Below, piece after piece: positions 22,022 to 32,234 of a stretch of DNA of 64,000 nt (positions are counted from its first letter, which is position 1; every line of letters begins with the position of its first letter). A model generated the notes under the pieces. It did no database searches, was not told where the DNA came from, and saw only the letters and a list, made by a program, of their open reading frames with translations. Both the position numbers and the translations under genes were made by a program. This DNA comes from Desulfatiglandales bacterium (GTDB lineage Bacteria; Desulfobacterota; DSM-4660; Desulfatiglandales; Desulfatiglandaceae), in assembly GCA_963662465.1 (NCBI GenBank), contig OY759599.1, forward strand, positions 7,456,001 through 7,520,000, in the 5' to 3' direction.

Positions 22022-23248
22022 TCATAGCCCTAATAGTTTTTTGATTTTTTCAATATCCTTCTTGAGAACACCGCTTTCGGCCCTGAGTGTTTCATTTTCT
22101 GCTTTGAGCTCTTTTACGGCGTTCACCAATGCCACATTGACCGGATGCATATCAAAATCGAGATATCCATCCGCTCCCACACTGACTGCTTCCGGGAATA
22201 TTTCCTGTACTTCCTGCGCAATAAATCCAACATATTCCTTATCATTTGGAAGGTTTTTGGGGTTACCTTCCTTGTAATAGAAAGTGACCGGCTTCAATTC
22301 TACTATTTCTTTTAGACCGCCTTCATAATCACCAGTAATGTCTTTTAGCCGTTCATCAGAACTGACATTCCAACTACCCCCACCTGGTTTGGCTGCAGAT
22401 CCATTGACTTCGAGCTTATAACCCGGATTGGTCGTGCCAATGCCGACATTGCCGGTTGTCTTCTTGACAACCATTGCAGGAGAGGCCCCTGAGGTTGCAC
22501 CAGCATAAAATTCTAATGTATAGCCTGATATTCCAAATCCGTAAAAATCCTCACCTGTCGAGTCTTGGAAAACCGCCAGCTTCTTGCCAATAGTGTTCCC
22601 AAGGTCCAGTAAATTGTTCGGTGTTTTGGTGCCGACGCCGACCTTTCCTGAAGGGCGTTCAGGAAAAATTATAAAGGCGTCTGGGGTTGAGATATTCAGC
22701 CCAGAGTCGGAATACCCCCACACAAAAGTATTGTAAGCAGTGGATAGTACGGTCATGTTGTGGCCGCCTGCCCAAGAATAATTTCCAGCGGCTGTATTTC
22801 TAGACCCACCTCCAACTGTGGAAGCGTTCCCTCTGGCTTCGTTGGCATAGCCACCCCCGACTATGGACAGATACCCGCTGGCTTTGTTAGACGCTCCACC
22901 CCCGACTGTGGAATATCCCCCGTAGGATTTATTCATAGCTCCCCCTCCAACTGTGGAATTGTTCGCGGTGGCTTCGTTCGCTAGCCCTCCTCCAATGGTG
23001 CAGAAAGATATGTCTTCATTAAGCAGTCCTGTCACTGAGGTTATACCAAATCCTAAATTGATATGGGTATTTGCGTATGAGCCATAGCAAACAGCCTCGC
23101 TGGTGTGAAAGACAGGAGCTGTTATTTCATGCGGAGTTATTACCACTTTATCGGCAAATGTAATAGCGCAGGGCAGCAATACAATGCCTATGAACAGGAA
23201 CAAAAGAAAAAAATTTTGTGTAAACGGAAAGAGTGATTTGATTCCCAT
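22022..23248 (-). CDS. Exported trimeric fibre/adhesin-like protein with GGGxxNxA repeats and C-terminal intramolecular chaperone (peptidase S74) domain
   Basis: Signal peptide; ~14-aa STVGGGxxNxA repeats; GNVGIGTTNP; SDERLK, GFIAQEV and coiled-coil end. Confidence 0.85.
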   Translation of the reverse strand: MGIKSLFPFTQNFFLLFLFIGIVLLPCAITFADKVVITPHEITAPVFHTSEAVCYGSYANTHINLGFGITSVTGLLNEDISFCTIGGGLANEATANNSTVGGGAMNKSYGGYSTVGGGASNKASGYLSIVGGGYANEARGNASTVGGGSRNTAAGNYSWAGGHNMTVLSTAYNTFVWGYSDSGLNISTPDAFIIFPERPSGKVGVGTKTPNNLLDLGNTIGKKLAVFQDSTGEDFYGFGISGYTLEFYAGATSGASPAMVVKKTTGNVGIGTTNPGYKLEVNGSAAKPGGGSWNVSSDERLKDITGDYEGGLKEIVELKPVTFYYKEGNPKNLPNDKEYVGFIAQEVQEIFPEAVSVGADGYLDFDMHPVNVALVNAVKELKAENETLRAESGVLKKDIEKIKKLLGL

Positions 23249-23322
23249 AAATATTAATCTCCTTGTATAACTATCTTAAATTGGTTCTCCTAATGAGTTT
23301 TTCCATTTTATTTACACCCGTT

Positions 23323-23334
23323 GGGGGGGGGGGG
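23323..23334. repeat. G12 homopolymer upstream of the fibre gene
   Basis: 12 consecutive G, about 75 bp upstream of the minus-strand start at 23248. Confidence 0.85.
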
Positions 23335-23411
23335 AGTTCTTAAAAAAATTACAGACGAAGCATTCTTTCACGTTAATCCGCGTTAAACCACTTTTTTTAA
23401 ATGGTTTCCTT

Positions 23412-24860
23412 TTAAACTTCAAAATCGACTACTCGGGAAGCAACAGGATCTGTATAGGTAATTTTTGTCTCATAGGATTTTACATTGATATAGGCGGTGG
23501 CAATATGTTTTTTAAAGGTCCATTCTAAATTCAACTCCGTATCCCTGGATTTAAACAATTTAAATTCTCCATTAAATGCAGGATAACTGTTCCGAAATTC
23601 CATAAGTTTTAAAAGACGCTGAACCACCGGCTTTTTAATCTCTTCCCGAATTTCTTCTATCGTATAATTGTGACGGTTGATATTTCTGCCCATCTTTGTT
23701 TTTTCCAACAGTTCAATATCATTCTCACCAGCCAGCAAGCCGACATAATATACCTGGGGGACTCCCGGTGAAAAAAACTGTATGGTTCTTGCCGCAATAT
23801 ATGCGTCATCATTACATCCCAAAGCAGAATAATAGGTACAATTCACCTGATAAATATCCAGATTCTGATAGTCCGGCCCGGAATAGATCTTCTTTACATT
23901 GGAGCCTTTTTCATACAATTTTTCAATGGTCTGATCAATTTCATCCTGATTTAACAAACCGTCTACATCCACCACACCGATTCCGTCGTGGGTATCCAGG
24001 GTCGTGATCTGCTTTCTGGGACATTTTTTCAGCCAGGACTTCAGCGTCCGGGTTTTCCCCGCATACAGGGCATGAAGAACCAGCATGGGCAGGGAAAAAT
24101 CATAACACCAGTATCCTTTTGCCGATAGTTTGAGCTGGTATGAATAATGTTCATGCACTTCCGGCAGGATTTGGGTATCAAAGGCCGCGGCATAATCATT
24201 GAACCACTCCAAAAGCTCCCAGATCTTAGGTTCCAGAAAAAAACAGTTGGTACCCAGTTCCACAGTGGTATAAGCAACGGCATCCAGCCGGATCATTTTA
24301 GGGCGATTTCTGACCAGCCGGATCAGGAAATTACGCATAACTTCCCGGGTTTTGGGGGAATTATAATCCAGATCAATTTGTTCATGATTAAAGGTGCACC
24401 ATATTTTTTCCAGGGTACCATTGGGCCGTTCCAATGTCTGGTAGGGCGGCTGGGGTTTCCGGGTGTATACTTTTTCCAGGTCCTCATCCTTTATCCAGCC
24501 GTTGGGAGCAAGTTTATCAAAACTTAGGAACATGTCTGCATATTCACTGTCAGCTCCCTTTGCAATATAATCCTGGAAAAAAACAGACTGCCGGGAGATA
24601 TGATTGACCATAAAATCAATGATCAGATCAAAATCCTGGCCGATCTTTTCCACATCCTCCCATGTACCGAATGCAGGGTCCACTTCATCATAGGTCAAGG
24701 GGGCAAATCCCCTGTCTGAAGAGGACGGATAAAAGGGAAGCAGGTGAATGCCGCCAATGGCTTTGAAAAAATATTTGCGGAGGACATAATGCAGCTCCGG
24801 CAGGTTGGCGCCGAAACTGTCAGGATATGTAATTAACTGAATTTTATTTTTAATTTTCAT
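23412..24860 (-). CDS. gtfA: Sucrose phosphorylase (GH13_18)
   Basis: QLITYPDS, RLDAVAY nucleophile, PEVH acid/base, THDGIG, NLDIYQVNCTYY loop. Confidence 0.88.
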   Translation of the reverse strand: MKIKNKIQLITYPDSFGANLPELHYVLRKYFFKAIGGIHLLPFYPSSSDRGFAPLTYDEVDPAFGTWEDVEKIGQDFDLIIDFMVNHISRQSVFFQDYIAKGADSEYADMFLSFDKLAPNGWIKDEDLEKVYTRKPQPPYQTLERPNGTLEKIWCTFNHEQIDLDYNSPKTREVMRNFLIRLVRNRPKMIRLDAVAYTTVELGTNCFFLEPKIWELLEWFNDYAAAFDTQILPEVHEHYSYQLKLSAKGYWCYDFSLPMLVLHALYAGKTRTLKSWLKKCPRKQITTLDTHDGIGVVDVDGLLNQDEIDQTIEKLYEKGSNVKKIYSGPDYQNLDIYQVNCTYYSALGCNDDAYIAARTIQFFSPGVPQVYYVGLLAGENDIELLEKTKMGRNINRHNYTIEEIREEIKKPVVQRLLKLMEFRNSYPAFNGEFKLFKSRDTELNLEWTFKKHIATAYINVKSYETKITYTDPVASRVVDFEV

Positions 24861-27054
24861 CAGGCACCATTTCCTTTGCTTTCTGGATAAATTGATAATG
24901 AAGGATACCCTCCATTATGCCGCCGGCATGGGATTTTTTGGCAAAATAGATCTGTTTTGCAGTTCTCAGCGTTTCAAGCTCCGGGCTGTAATTTCCCACT
25001 ACAACCCCCAAGGGTTCTCCTTTCAACATTTCTGCATCATTGCCTGAATCACCGCACACCAAAATGTTTTTCAACGGGACTCCCCATTTATAGCTCAGGT
25101 ACCGGATGGCTTTTCCCTTTGAAGCCCTGTACGGCAAAATATCCAAATGCTGATCCTGGGAATAGATCAGGGTGTATTTAAATCTGTTTTGGGTCAATGC
25201 GTGGTGAATCCCGGCCAGTCTGTCCTTCCCCGGCGCCATGGTATAACTGAGTTTATACGCACTTTGAGCGCTTGCTTCCTGGGGACGGATAAAATCAATC
25301 TCTTTGAGTATAGAGGCGATCAGGTCCGGGTCCCAGTTTTTTGAGATATGGGTTTCCCACCCCTTGTCAAGGTCCAGGGAATCACCATAGCTGATCCGAC
25401 TGCCCACGCCGGAAACAATAATGTCCGGTATCCTTATCCCGTGAGTGTTCAGAATATCCAGGGCAGATTCAAACATCCTTCCCGTGGCCACACCAAACCC
25501 TATCTTCCCCGCGTTTTTTTCAAGCAGATCCATTAAAGCATGCAGCTCTTCCGGGTTTCCCCCCAAAAGGGTGTTGTCAATATCGGTGATCAGCATATAA
25601 TCGAGTTTTGCCAGCCGCTTGCCAATGCTTTCCTTTGGTTCTACTGCGGTGATAAACGATTTCTCATATTGGCGGCAGACTTCCTTCATCTCCGTGCAAT
25701 AGGATTTGGCGTGACTCACCCAGGAATAAAATTTCCGGGTATTCAGGATGCCGTTTTTTGAAAATTGATGCCACTTATCCGAGTGAACAATGATGTCCTT
25801 GATAGCAGAAGCCATTTCCAGCGTGTTTGTGGGATCCACCAGTGTGCCCGTCCGGCAATTGTGAACAATATCCCTCGGACCGCCGTCATTGGTGGTAACA
25901 ATGGGCAGACCGCAGGCCAGCGCTTCCAGCAGGGTCAAGCCAAAAGGCTCTGTCAACGCGGGATTGACAAATACGCCCCGTTTTTCCGCTGCAATTCGGT
26001 AAAGTTCAGGGACCTCATGCTCAAAATCATGTTTCTTGGGGATGGCCATTTTTCCATACAGATTGTACTTGTCCATTAACAGCAGCATTTGCGTAAGGAC
26101 ATCCCGCTCGGTTTCCTCTTTATCGGAAATATCTTTCCGGATACCGGCAAATATGGCAAGGTTTGCCATGGCTTGGAGTTCGGCATCTTCACCATAGGCT
26201 TTTACCAGACCCTGGATATTTTTCCGTTTGTCCGGACGACAGAGAACCAGAATCATGGGTTTATCCGGGTGGGTAAAAAATCGGTTCAATTCCTGAATTA
26301 CCGATGCCTTGGCAAACAGAGCCTCTTCTTCTTCCCGGCTGCTGGAAAAGGTATCATGGTAATAGGGATAAAACCGCTCAATACCGATACCCGGTGGAAT
26401 GACCTTATACGTCGGCAGGGTCCGATTTCGGTACATCTCATACTGACCTTCAATTTCCTGGCGGGTGCTGGTAATGACCCGGTTCGCGGATTTAAGGATA
26501 TGTTCCTCTGTATCAATCCGATGATCAATTTTCAGTTTTCGATTCATCTCAATGAGATCATATCCATCCTCAAGCAGCCGTGCTTTCTTGGACCGGCCCA
26601 GGGAATGCCCGGTATAGACCAGGGGAACACCAAAGAAACTACCCAGCTCCATGGCCACATGCCCCGCGTCCGGGTAGTGGCCGTGAACAATATCCGGAAT
26701 ATCTTTTTCCTGCCGGATAAAAATAATGGTTTTATCCACAAATTCATCCAAATGGGGCCAGAGCAATTCTTTGCGAATATATTTTTTCCCCCCACACTGA
26801 ATCCGTACGATACGGAACTTATCATTCACCTGTTCCAGGGGCTGTGCATAATCATCAGAATAGGATTTATCCTTGATCAGCCGCGTGAACAAATCTATTT
26901 TTCGGATCTGGTCAGAGACAGACAGTGCCCTGCACAATTCCACCACATATTTGATCTGACCGCCGGTGTCTGCATCATATCCCAACTCCATGTTTTCGGC
27001 CCGTACGAGTCCATGAATGCTGAACATCTGAACATATAGGCCTTTTTGTTTCAT
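24850..27054 (-). CDS. Bidomain sucrose-phosphate synthase/phosphatase (GT4 + HAD-IIB)
   Basis: ELGYDADTGGQIKYVVEL, HGHYPDAG, TGHSLG, EPFGLTLLEA; HAD DIDNT and GDSGND. Confidence 0.9.
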   Translation of the reverse strand: MKQKGLYVQMFSIHGLVRAENMELGYDADTGGQIKYVVELCRALSVSDQIRKIDLFTRLIKDKSYSDDYAQPLEQVNDKFRIVRIQCGGKKYIRKELLWPHLDEFVDKTIIFIRQEKDIPDIVHGHYPDAGHVAMELGSFFGVPLVYTGHSLGRSKKARLLEDGYDLIEMNRKLKIDHRIDTEEHILKSANRVITSTRQEIEGQYEMYRNRTLPTYKVIPPGIGIERFYPYYHDTFSSSREEEEALFAKASVIQELNRFFTHPDKPMILVLCRPDKRKNIQGLVKAYGEDAELQAMANLAIFAGIRKDISDKEETERDVLTQMLLLMDKYNLYGKMAIPKKHDFEHEVPELYRIAAEKRGVFVNPALTEPFGLTLLEALACGLPIVTTNDGGPRDIVHNCRTGTLVDPTNTLEMASAIKDIIVHSDKWHQFSKNGILNTRKFYSWVSHAKSYCTEMKEVCRQYEKSFITAVEPKESIGKRLAKLDYMLITDIDNTLLGGNPEELHALMDLLEKNAGKIGFGVATGRMFESALDILNTHGIRIPDIIVSGVGSRISYGDSLDLDKGWETHISKNWDPDLIASILKEIDFIRPQEASAQSAYKLSYTMAPGKDRLAGIHHALTQNRFKYTLIYSQDQHLDILPYRASKGKAIRYLSYKWGVPLKNILVCGDSGNDAEMLKGEPLGVVVGNYSPELETLRTAKQIYFAKKSHAGGIMEGILHYQFIQKAKEMVPDEN

Positions 27055-27161
27055 CTTAGTTCTCCAATCTTTTTTTAAATTCCCGGTAAATTGCCGAATC
27101 CTGAATCAATGCTCTGGAAAAATGAAGAGTAATCCTGGGAAACAGTCAAATATGCTTGACA

Positions 27162-28307
27162 TCACCGACTCAATACCACAACCCTCAGCTCCGCACCCAG
27201 ATCATTTATTTCCAGCTCATTTCGATTTAACGCTTTCAGTTTTCGGTTACACCGGATGATGCCCCGACCGATGCTCTCCACATAACCAAAATCTTTGAGG
27301 ACCTGCATGATGATGGGGTTGCGGTAATAGGAGACCCCCATCATCATCCGTTCCACAGTAATGGTATTGGGAAGCGTCCCCGGACTTCGCATTTCCAGGC
27401 GGTCGCTAAAAATCATGAGTCTGTTGAAAGCCCCCCAGATGGAATAGTCCCGGTGTGCAATGGCATTGGCAATCAGTTCGCGGACAATCGAGGCCGGATA
27501 TTGTTCAAGGTCGCTTCGTTTAACGCCGTTTTCAAAGGCCACATCAGTTCTGGAATTCCGTTCCACAAAACGCAGCAACCCCTCCATGACCTCGGTCACG
27601 GCGCCGGAGAATTCCTTCAACTCCACAATATGAGTTGATTCATCCGTTCCCATGAAACAGGCTGCCTGGCAGATACTCTGGGGAAGGAACTTTTTCGGAT
27701 TGTTTCCGAATAGAATAAGCCCGGAAATATTGGGCACATAATCACCATTGACACGAACCACCAGGTTGAGGTTATCCAATACTTGCGGGTATGCCTCTTC
27801 TGGAAATTCATCAATCTGTCGAATTTCCTTCATGTACCGGTTCAAATACCCCCGGTTAAGATCATTGACATCGGCTCCGTAAACAGGTTTTGTTTCGTAG
27901 TGAACCATTTCACCATTCTGAAAAAGACGGGCCAATTCCTCATTGGTGGGTTCAACAGAGCTAGAGCCTGCTCGAACATAAAATTTTCCCGTTGTTTTCA
28001 CTTTATAAGGTTTGTTGAAACCTTTGGGGATTTCCACCACCAGAATTTCCTTGCCATCGACATCCAAAAATTCCGTTCGAGGCAGCACCGAAGGTGTGAT
28101 ATTGTTGCGGCATATCTGCACAATCCTTTCTTCAACTTTCCGATTTGTTGTGCCGATAATCGACCCGTTATCGCCCACACCCACAAGGAGCTTTCCCCCC
28201 ATAAAATTGGAAAAAGCCACCACCTCTTTTGCGATGCTATCGTTGCGAACTTCTTCTGTTTTGAACTCAAGGACTGAGCTTTCACCCATTCGAATAATGT
28301 CTTTCAT
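27162..28307 (-). CDS. Schlafen/AlbA_2 + HATPase_c_4 domain protein
   Basis: GESSVLEFK, VAFSNFMGG.LLVGVGD, RELIANAIAHRDY, SPG.L, RNP, GRG. Confidence 0.85.
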   Translation of the reverse strand: MKDIIRMGESSVLEFKTEEVRNDSIAKEVVAFSNFMGGKLLVGVGDNGSIIGTTNRKVEERIVQICRNNITPSVLPRTEFLDVDGKEILVVEIPKGFNKPYKVKTTGKFYVRAGSSSVEPTNEELARLFQNGEMVHYETKPVYGADVNDLNRGYLNRYMKEIRQIDEFPEEAYPQVLDNLNLVVRVNGDYVPNISGLILFGNNPKKFLPQSICQAACFMGTDESTHIVELKEFSGAVTEVMEGLLRFVERNSRTDVAFENGVKRSDLEQYPASIVRELIANAIAHRDYSIWGAFNRLMIFSDRLEMRSPGTLPNTITVERMMMGVSYYRNPIIMQVLKDFGYVESIGRGIIRCNRKLKALNRNELEINDLGAELRVVVLSR

Positions 28308-28371
28308 ACCGTTGCCTCCAGATATTCAGCCTTCCGATTTCTCTGATGCCTCAGCAAACCGCTGCAGCGTC

Positions 28372-29901
28372 CTATCTCACCATCTTACGATCCAGGGTTC
28401 GGTATTGAATGGCCTCTCCCACATGGGATGCGCGCAATGCTTCGCTTCCTTCCAAATCCGCAATGGTGCGGGCAATCTTCAATATGCGGGCATGGGCCCG
28501 GGCGCTTAGACCGAACCGATCCATGGCCCGTTCCAGCAACGCTCCCGACTCGGCATCAATGGGGCAGAACTTCTTGATGTGACGGCTGTTCATGCCGGCG
28601 TTATTGAAAATTTTGGTTCGAGAAAACCGCGCCTCCTGAATATCCCTGGCCCTCATCACCCTTTCCAGGATCAACGCGGAAGACTCGCCATCTGAAATCC
28701 CCGCAAGGTCCCTGTAGGGGACTGCCGGCACCTCCAGATGAATGTCGATCCGGTCCAGCAAGGGTCCCGATATCTTGGCCCTGTATCGCTGAATCTGCAA
28801 GGTAGAGCAGGTGCATTCCCGTTTGGTATCGCCCAAAAATCCACAGGGACACGGATTCATGGCGGCTACAAGCATGAAATCCGCAGGATAGGAGACTGTG
28901 GATGTGGCCCTTGAAATGGTCACCTCGCCCTCTTCCATGGGCTGACGCAAAACCTCCAGAACATTCCTTCTGAACTCCGGCAATTCGTCCAAAAAAAGGA
29001 CGCCGTGGTGCGCCAGGCTAACCTGGCCGGGTTTGGGATGCTGGCCGCCGCCGATGAGTCCGGCATCGCTAATGGTGTGATGGGGGGATTGAAAGGGCCT
29101 GGCGGTAATCAGCCCGGCGCTATTGGGCATTATGCCCATTACACTATAAATCTTTGAAGTCTCAAGGGATTCCTCAAAACTCATGGGTGGCAGGATGGTG
29201 GGAATACGCTTGGCCAACATGGTTTTTCCGGAACCTGGGGGCCCGATCATGAGAAGATTATGGTTTCCCGCCGCCGCAATTTCGATGGCCCGTTTGGCGT
29301 GTTCCTGCCCCCTCACATCCAGAAAATCCACATGAAAAACCGTCGGTTCAAAGTGGTGGTTGATTTTCGCCTTGACCGGACTTAGCTTAACGGCACCTTT
29401 TAAGATGTCGATGACCTGGGAAAGGGTTTTTACGGGGAAGATGGGGATGTCATCCACGACCCCTGCCTCATTGGCGTTTTCTTTGGGTAAGAAGATACCC
29501 TTGAGACCTAGGTCTCTGGCGGCGATGGCCATGGACAAAACGCCCTTGACCGGACGAATCATACCGTCCAGAGCCAGTTCGCCCAAAAAAATATAGCCCG
29601 CATAGGCAGTATTGTCGATCAGGCCCGTTGCGGCAAGAATACCCAGGGCCATGGGAAGATCAAAGGCCGTGCCTTCTTTTTTGATGTCTGCCGGCGCCAG
29701 GTTTACCGTAATCCGGTCGGAAGGAAAGTGGTAACCTGAATTTTTTACCGCCGCCTTAACACGTTCTTTGCTTTCCCTGACGGCCCCTTCCGGCAAGCCA
29801 ACGGTGGAAAAAGAGGGAAGTCCCTGAGCGATGTCTACCTCAACCTCCACCACATAGGCATCAATGCCAATAACGGCGCTACTGAGAACCTTGGCCAGCA
29901 T
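28372..29901 (-). CDS. comM: YifB/ComM Mg-chelatase-like AAA ATPase
   Basis: VGLP..AVRES.ERV, TVNLAPAD, GPPGSGKT, SLAHHGVLFLDELPEF, CPCG. Confidence 0.93.
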   Translation of the reverse strand: MLAKVLSSAVIGIDAYVVEVEVDIAQGLPSFSTVGLPEGAVRESKERVKAAVKNSGYHFPSDRITVNLAPADIKKEGTAFDLPMALGILAATGLIDNTAYAGYIFLGELALDGMIRPVKGVLSMAIAARDLGLKGIFLPKENANEAGVVDDIPIFPVKTLSQVIDILKGAVKLSPVKAKINHHFEPTVFHVDFLDVRGQEHAKRAIEIAAAGNHNLLMIGPPGSGKTMLAKRIPTILPPMSFEESLETSKIYSVMGIMPNSAGLITARPFQSPHHTISDAGLIGGGQHPKPGQVSLAHHGVLFLDELPEFRRNVLEVLRQPMEEGEVTISRATSTVSYPADFMLVAAMNPCPCGFLGDTKRECTCSTLQIQRYRAKISGPLLDRIDIHLEVPAVPYRDLAGISDGESSALILERVMRARDIQEARFSRTKIFNNAGMNSRHIKKFCPIDAESGALLERAMDRFGLSARAHARILKIARTIADLEGSEALRASHVGEAIQYRTLDRKMVR

Positions 29902-29990
29902 GTATGAGATCCTCCTTAGGATAATGCCGTTCACATAGCGTTTTGTAATAAACAGCGTCAATGATGAGAATTGCCGGAAAAAATTTATTC

Positions 29991-30019
29991 TTTACATTTA
30001 TCACAATAGGTTATATAAT
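29991..30019 (+). promoter_or_regulatory. Sigma-70 promoter for rpoZ-dnaJ
   Basis: TTTACA-N17-TATAAT. Confidence 0.6.
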
Positions 30020-30095
30020 GTAAAGTTTATTTTCATAAAGAGATTTCATCCTATTCAAAGGATGATTTCTAACCAATCAAATTTAGGAGAATAAG

Positions 30096-30413
30096 ATGGC
30101 ACGAATCACAGTGGAAGATTGTCTGGATCGGGTGGATAATCGCTTCGGGTTGATCCATCTGGCAGCCAATCGCGTGCGTCAACTGAGAAAGGGCGCTGAG
30201 CCATTGGTTGTCTGCAAGAATAGAGACACCGTTGTGGCCCTCAGGGAAATCGCCGCTGGAAAAGTCTTTCAGATGGAGCCCAATAAGAAAAAAGCCCTGC
30301 CCGAAAACCCGCCGGATCTTCTTCTTGAAACCTTATCGGAAGAAAACAAACCTGAAGACATATATGCGGACGCAAAGGGACCAGATAAGACGTCCGATGA
30401 AAGCGAATCATGA
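30096..30413 (+). CDS. rpoZ: RNA polymerase omega subunit
   Basis: [26 protein letters not shown]. Confidence 0.95.
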   Translation: MARITVEDCLDRVDNRFGLIHLAANRVRQLRKGAEPLVVCKNRDTVVALREIAAGKVFQMEPNKKKALPENPPDLLLETLSEENKPEDIYADAKGPDKTSDESES

Positions 30414-31537
30414 ACAAACGCGATTATTATGAAATCCTGGGCGTTTCCAGAGAATCCGAAGAAGTGGAAATCAAGTCAGCCTATCGAAAGATGGCCCTCA
30501 AATATCATCCGGACCGAAACCCTGGAGACAAAGAGGCTGAAGAACAATTTAAAGAAGCCGCGGAAGCTTATAGCGTATTGACCGACGCTGAAAAAAAGCA
30601 GATCTATGACCGATTTGGCCATGAAGGTCTGGCAGGATCCGGCTTTAGTGGTTTCAGCGGTTTTGAAGATATTTTTTCAAATTTCGGAGACGTATTTGAA
30701 GGCATTTTCGGCTTTGGCGGGGGCAGCGGAAAAACCCGGGCCAGACAAGGGAAAGGCTTGAGATATGACCTGGTGTTAACCCTGGAAGAGGCCTTCCATG
30801 GAAAAGAGGCGGAGATCTCTTTTCACCGGCTGGAGGGATGTCCCACATGCCATGGTTCCGGCGCAAAGCCGGGTACTCAACCCGAAACCTGCCGCACTTG
30901 TCAAGGAAGGGGTCAGGTCATACGATCCCAGGGCTTTTTTCAGGTCAGCAGCACCTGTCCAGCCTGCCATGGGCAAGGTGAAATCATTTCTCAACCCTGC
31001 CCGGAGTGCGGGGGCGGCGGAAAGATCAGAGTTGAAAAAGAGATTCAGGTCAAAATCCCCGCCGGCGTGGACACGGGATCTCAACTCAGATTAAGAGGCG
31101 AAGGCGAATCCGGAGAAAACGGTGGGCCTCCGGGGGACCTTTTTGTGGTCATCCATGTAAAAGAACACGACTTTTTTGCCCGAGAAGATGAGAATCTGAT
31201 TTGTCAAATTCCCATATCATTTGTGCAGGCAACCCTGGGGGACACATTGCCCGTTCCCCTGCTGGGCGAGGAAGACTCCCATGAGCTTACGATTCCCAAA
31301 GGCACACAGCCCGGAGAGATCATTAAAGTTTCCGGGAAAGGGATGACCAGCTTACGGGGATTTCGAAAAAGAGGGGATCTTTACATTAAAATTGTGGTGA
31401 AGATACCCGAAAAACTGAACCAGCGACAAAAGGAATTACTGGAAGAGTTCGCTCATACGGAAGGACTGACCCTGTCCGGGAAAAAGAAAAAGGGTAAGAG
31501 CAAGGGTAAGGGTTTTTGGAAAAAGAAAGGCTCCTAA
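30410..31537 (+). CDS. dnaJ: Chaperone DnaJ
   Basis: J-domain HPD, G/F region, four CxxCxGxG repeats. Confidence 0.97.
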   Translation: MNKRDYYEILGVSRESEEVEIKSAYRKMALKYHPDRNPGDKEAEEQFKEAAEAYSVLTDAEKKQIYDRFGHEGLAGSGFSGFSGFEDIFSNFGDVFEGIFGFGGGSGKTRARQGKGLRYDLVLTLEEAFHGKEAEISFHRLEGCPTCHGSGAKPGTQPETCRTCQGRGQVIRSQGFFQVSSTCPACHGQGEIISQPCPECGGGGKIRVEKEIQVKIPAGVDTGSQLRLRGEGESGENGGPPGDLFVVIHVKEHDFFAREDENLICQIPISFVQATLGDTLPVPLLGEEDSHELTIPKGTQPGEIIKVSGKGMTSLRGFRKRGDLYIKIVVKIPEKLNQRQKELLEEFAHTEGLTLSGKKKKGKSKGKGFWKKKGS

Positions 31538-31698
31538 TGCGGCATAGCCGCGACCCAAAAAGATAGAAACCGGAATTCGCCAATAAATTTGAGCAATAAG
31601 GTTATTGAGAGCATGGTCGACGAACAAAATCGAAGTTTACATTATTGCGAAATGGTGATACGGAAAGATCGTTTATTTCTTGTCTTGAGATGGAGAGG

Positions 31699-32067
31699 AT
31701 GATGCTAAACAAAAATGATCTGGAATATTACAAAGACTTGCTTGGAAAAAAACTGGATGGACTCCTTGATGAGGCCAACAAAACCGTTAGCGGTATGACA
31801 GACCATAGAGATAATTTTGCCGACCCTACTGACAGGGCCACATTGGAATCAGAACGAAATTTCACCCTGAGAATCAGGGACAGGGAAAGAAGGCTCATCG
31901 TAAAAATCAAAGAAGCGCTCAGCAGGATTGAAACCGGAAATTTTGGCATCTGTGAGGAATGCGGCGAGGATATTTCAGAACAACGACTAAACGCACGTCC
32001 GGTGACCACCCTGTGCATTAACTGCAAAAAAAGCCAGGAAAACGAAGAGAAGTTGAGAGGCCTGTGA
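31699..32067 (+). CDS. dksA: RNA polymerase-binding protein DksA
   Basis: DPTDRATLE coiled-coil tip, CEECG..CINC zinc finger. Confidence 0.92.
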   Translation: MMLNKNDLEYYKDLLGKKLDGLLDEANKTVSGMTDHRDNFADPTDRATLESERNFTLRIRDRERRLIVKIKEALSRIETGNFGICEECGEDISEQRLNARPVTTLCINCKKSQENEEKLRGL

Positions 32068-32069
32068 TA

Positions 32070-32195
32070 TTAGCCGTTAGCCGTTAGCGATTAGCTGTTA
32101 GCTATATCAACAGGTTGGCGGAAGATACCATATGAAATCATGTAAATGCTTTTAACCTCAAAACTAACAGCTAACGGCTAACAGCTAACAGCTAA
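32070..32195. repeat. Inverted heptamer arrays (TTAGCYG)~5 and (CTAACRG)~5 around a ~59-bp spacer
   Basis: 32070-32103 is approximately the reverse complement of 32163-32195. Confidence 0.8.
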
Positions 32196-32234
32196 GAAAG
32201 GTGTTGTTTTTGCCCGTTGTCATAGGATGGCGCT

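Noticed and set aside
22022..23248. Prophage tail fibre
   Set aside because: It has a Sec-type signal peptide and no neighbouring phage genes
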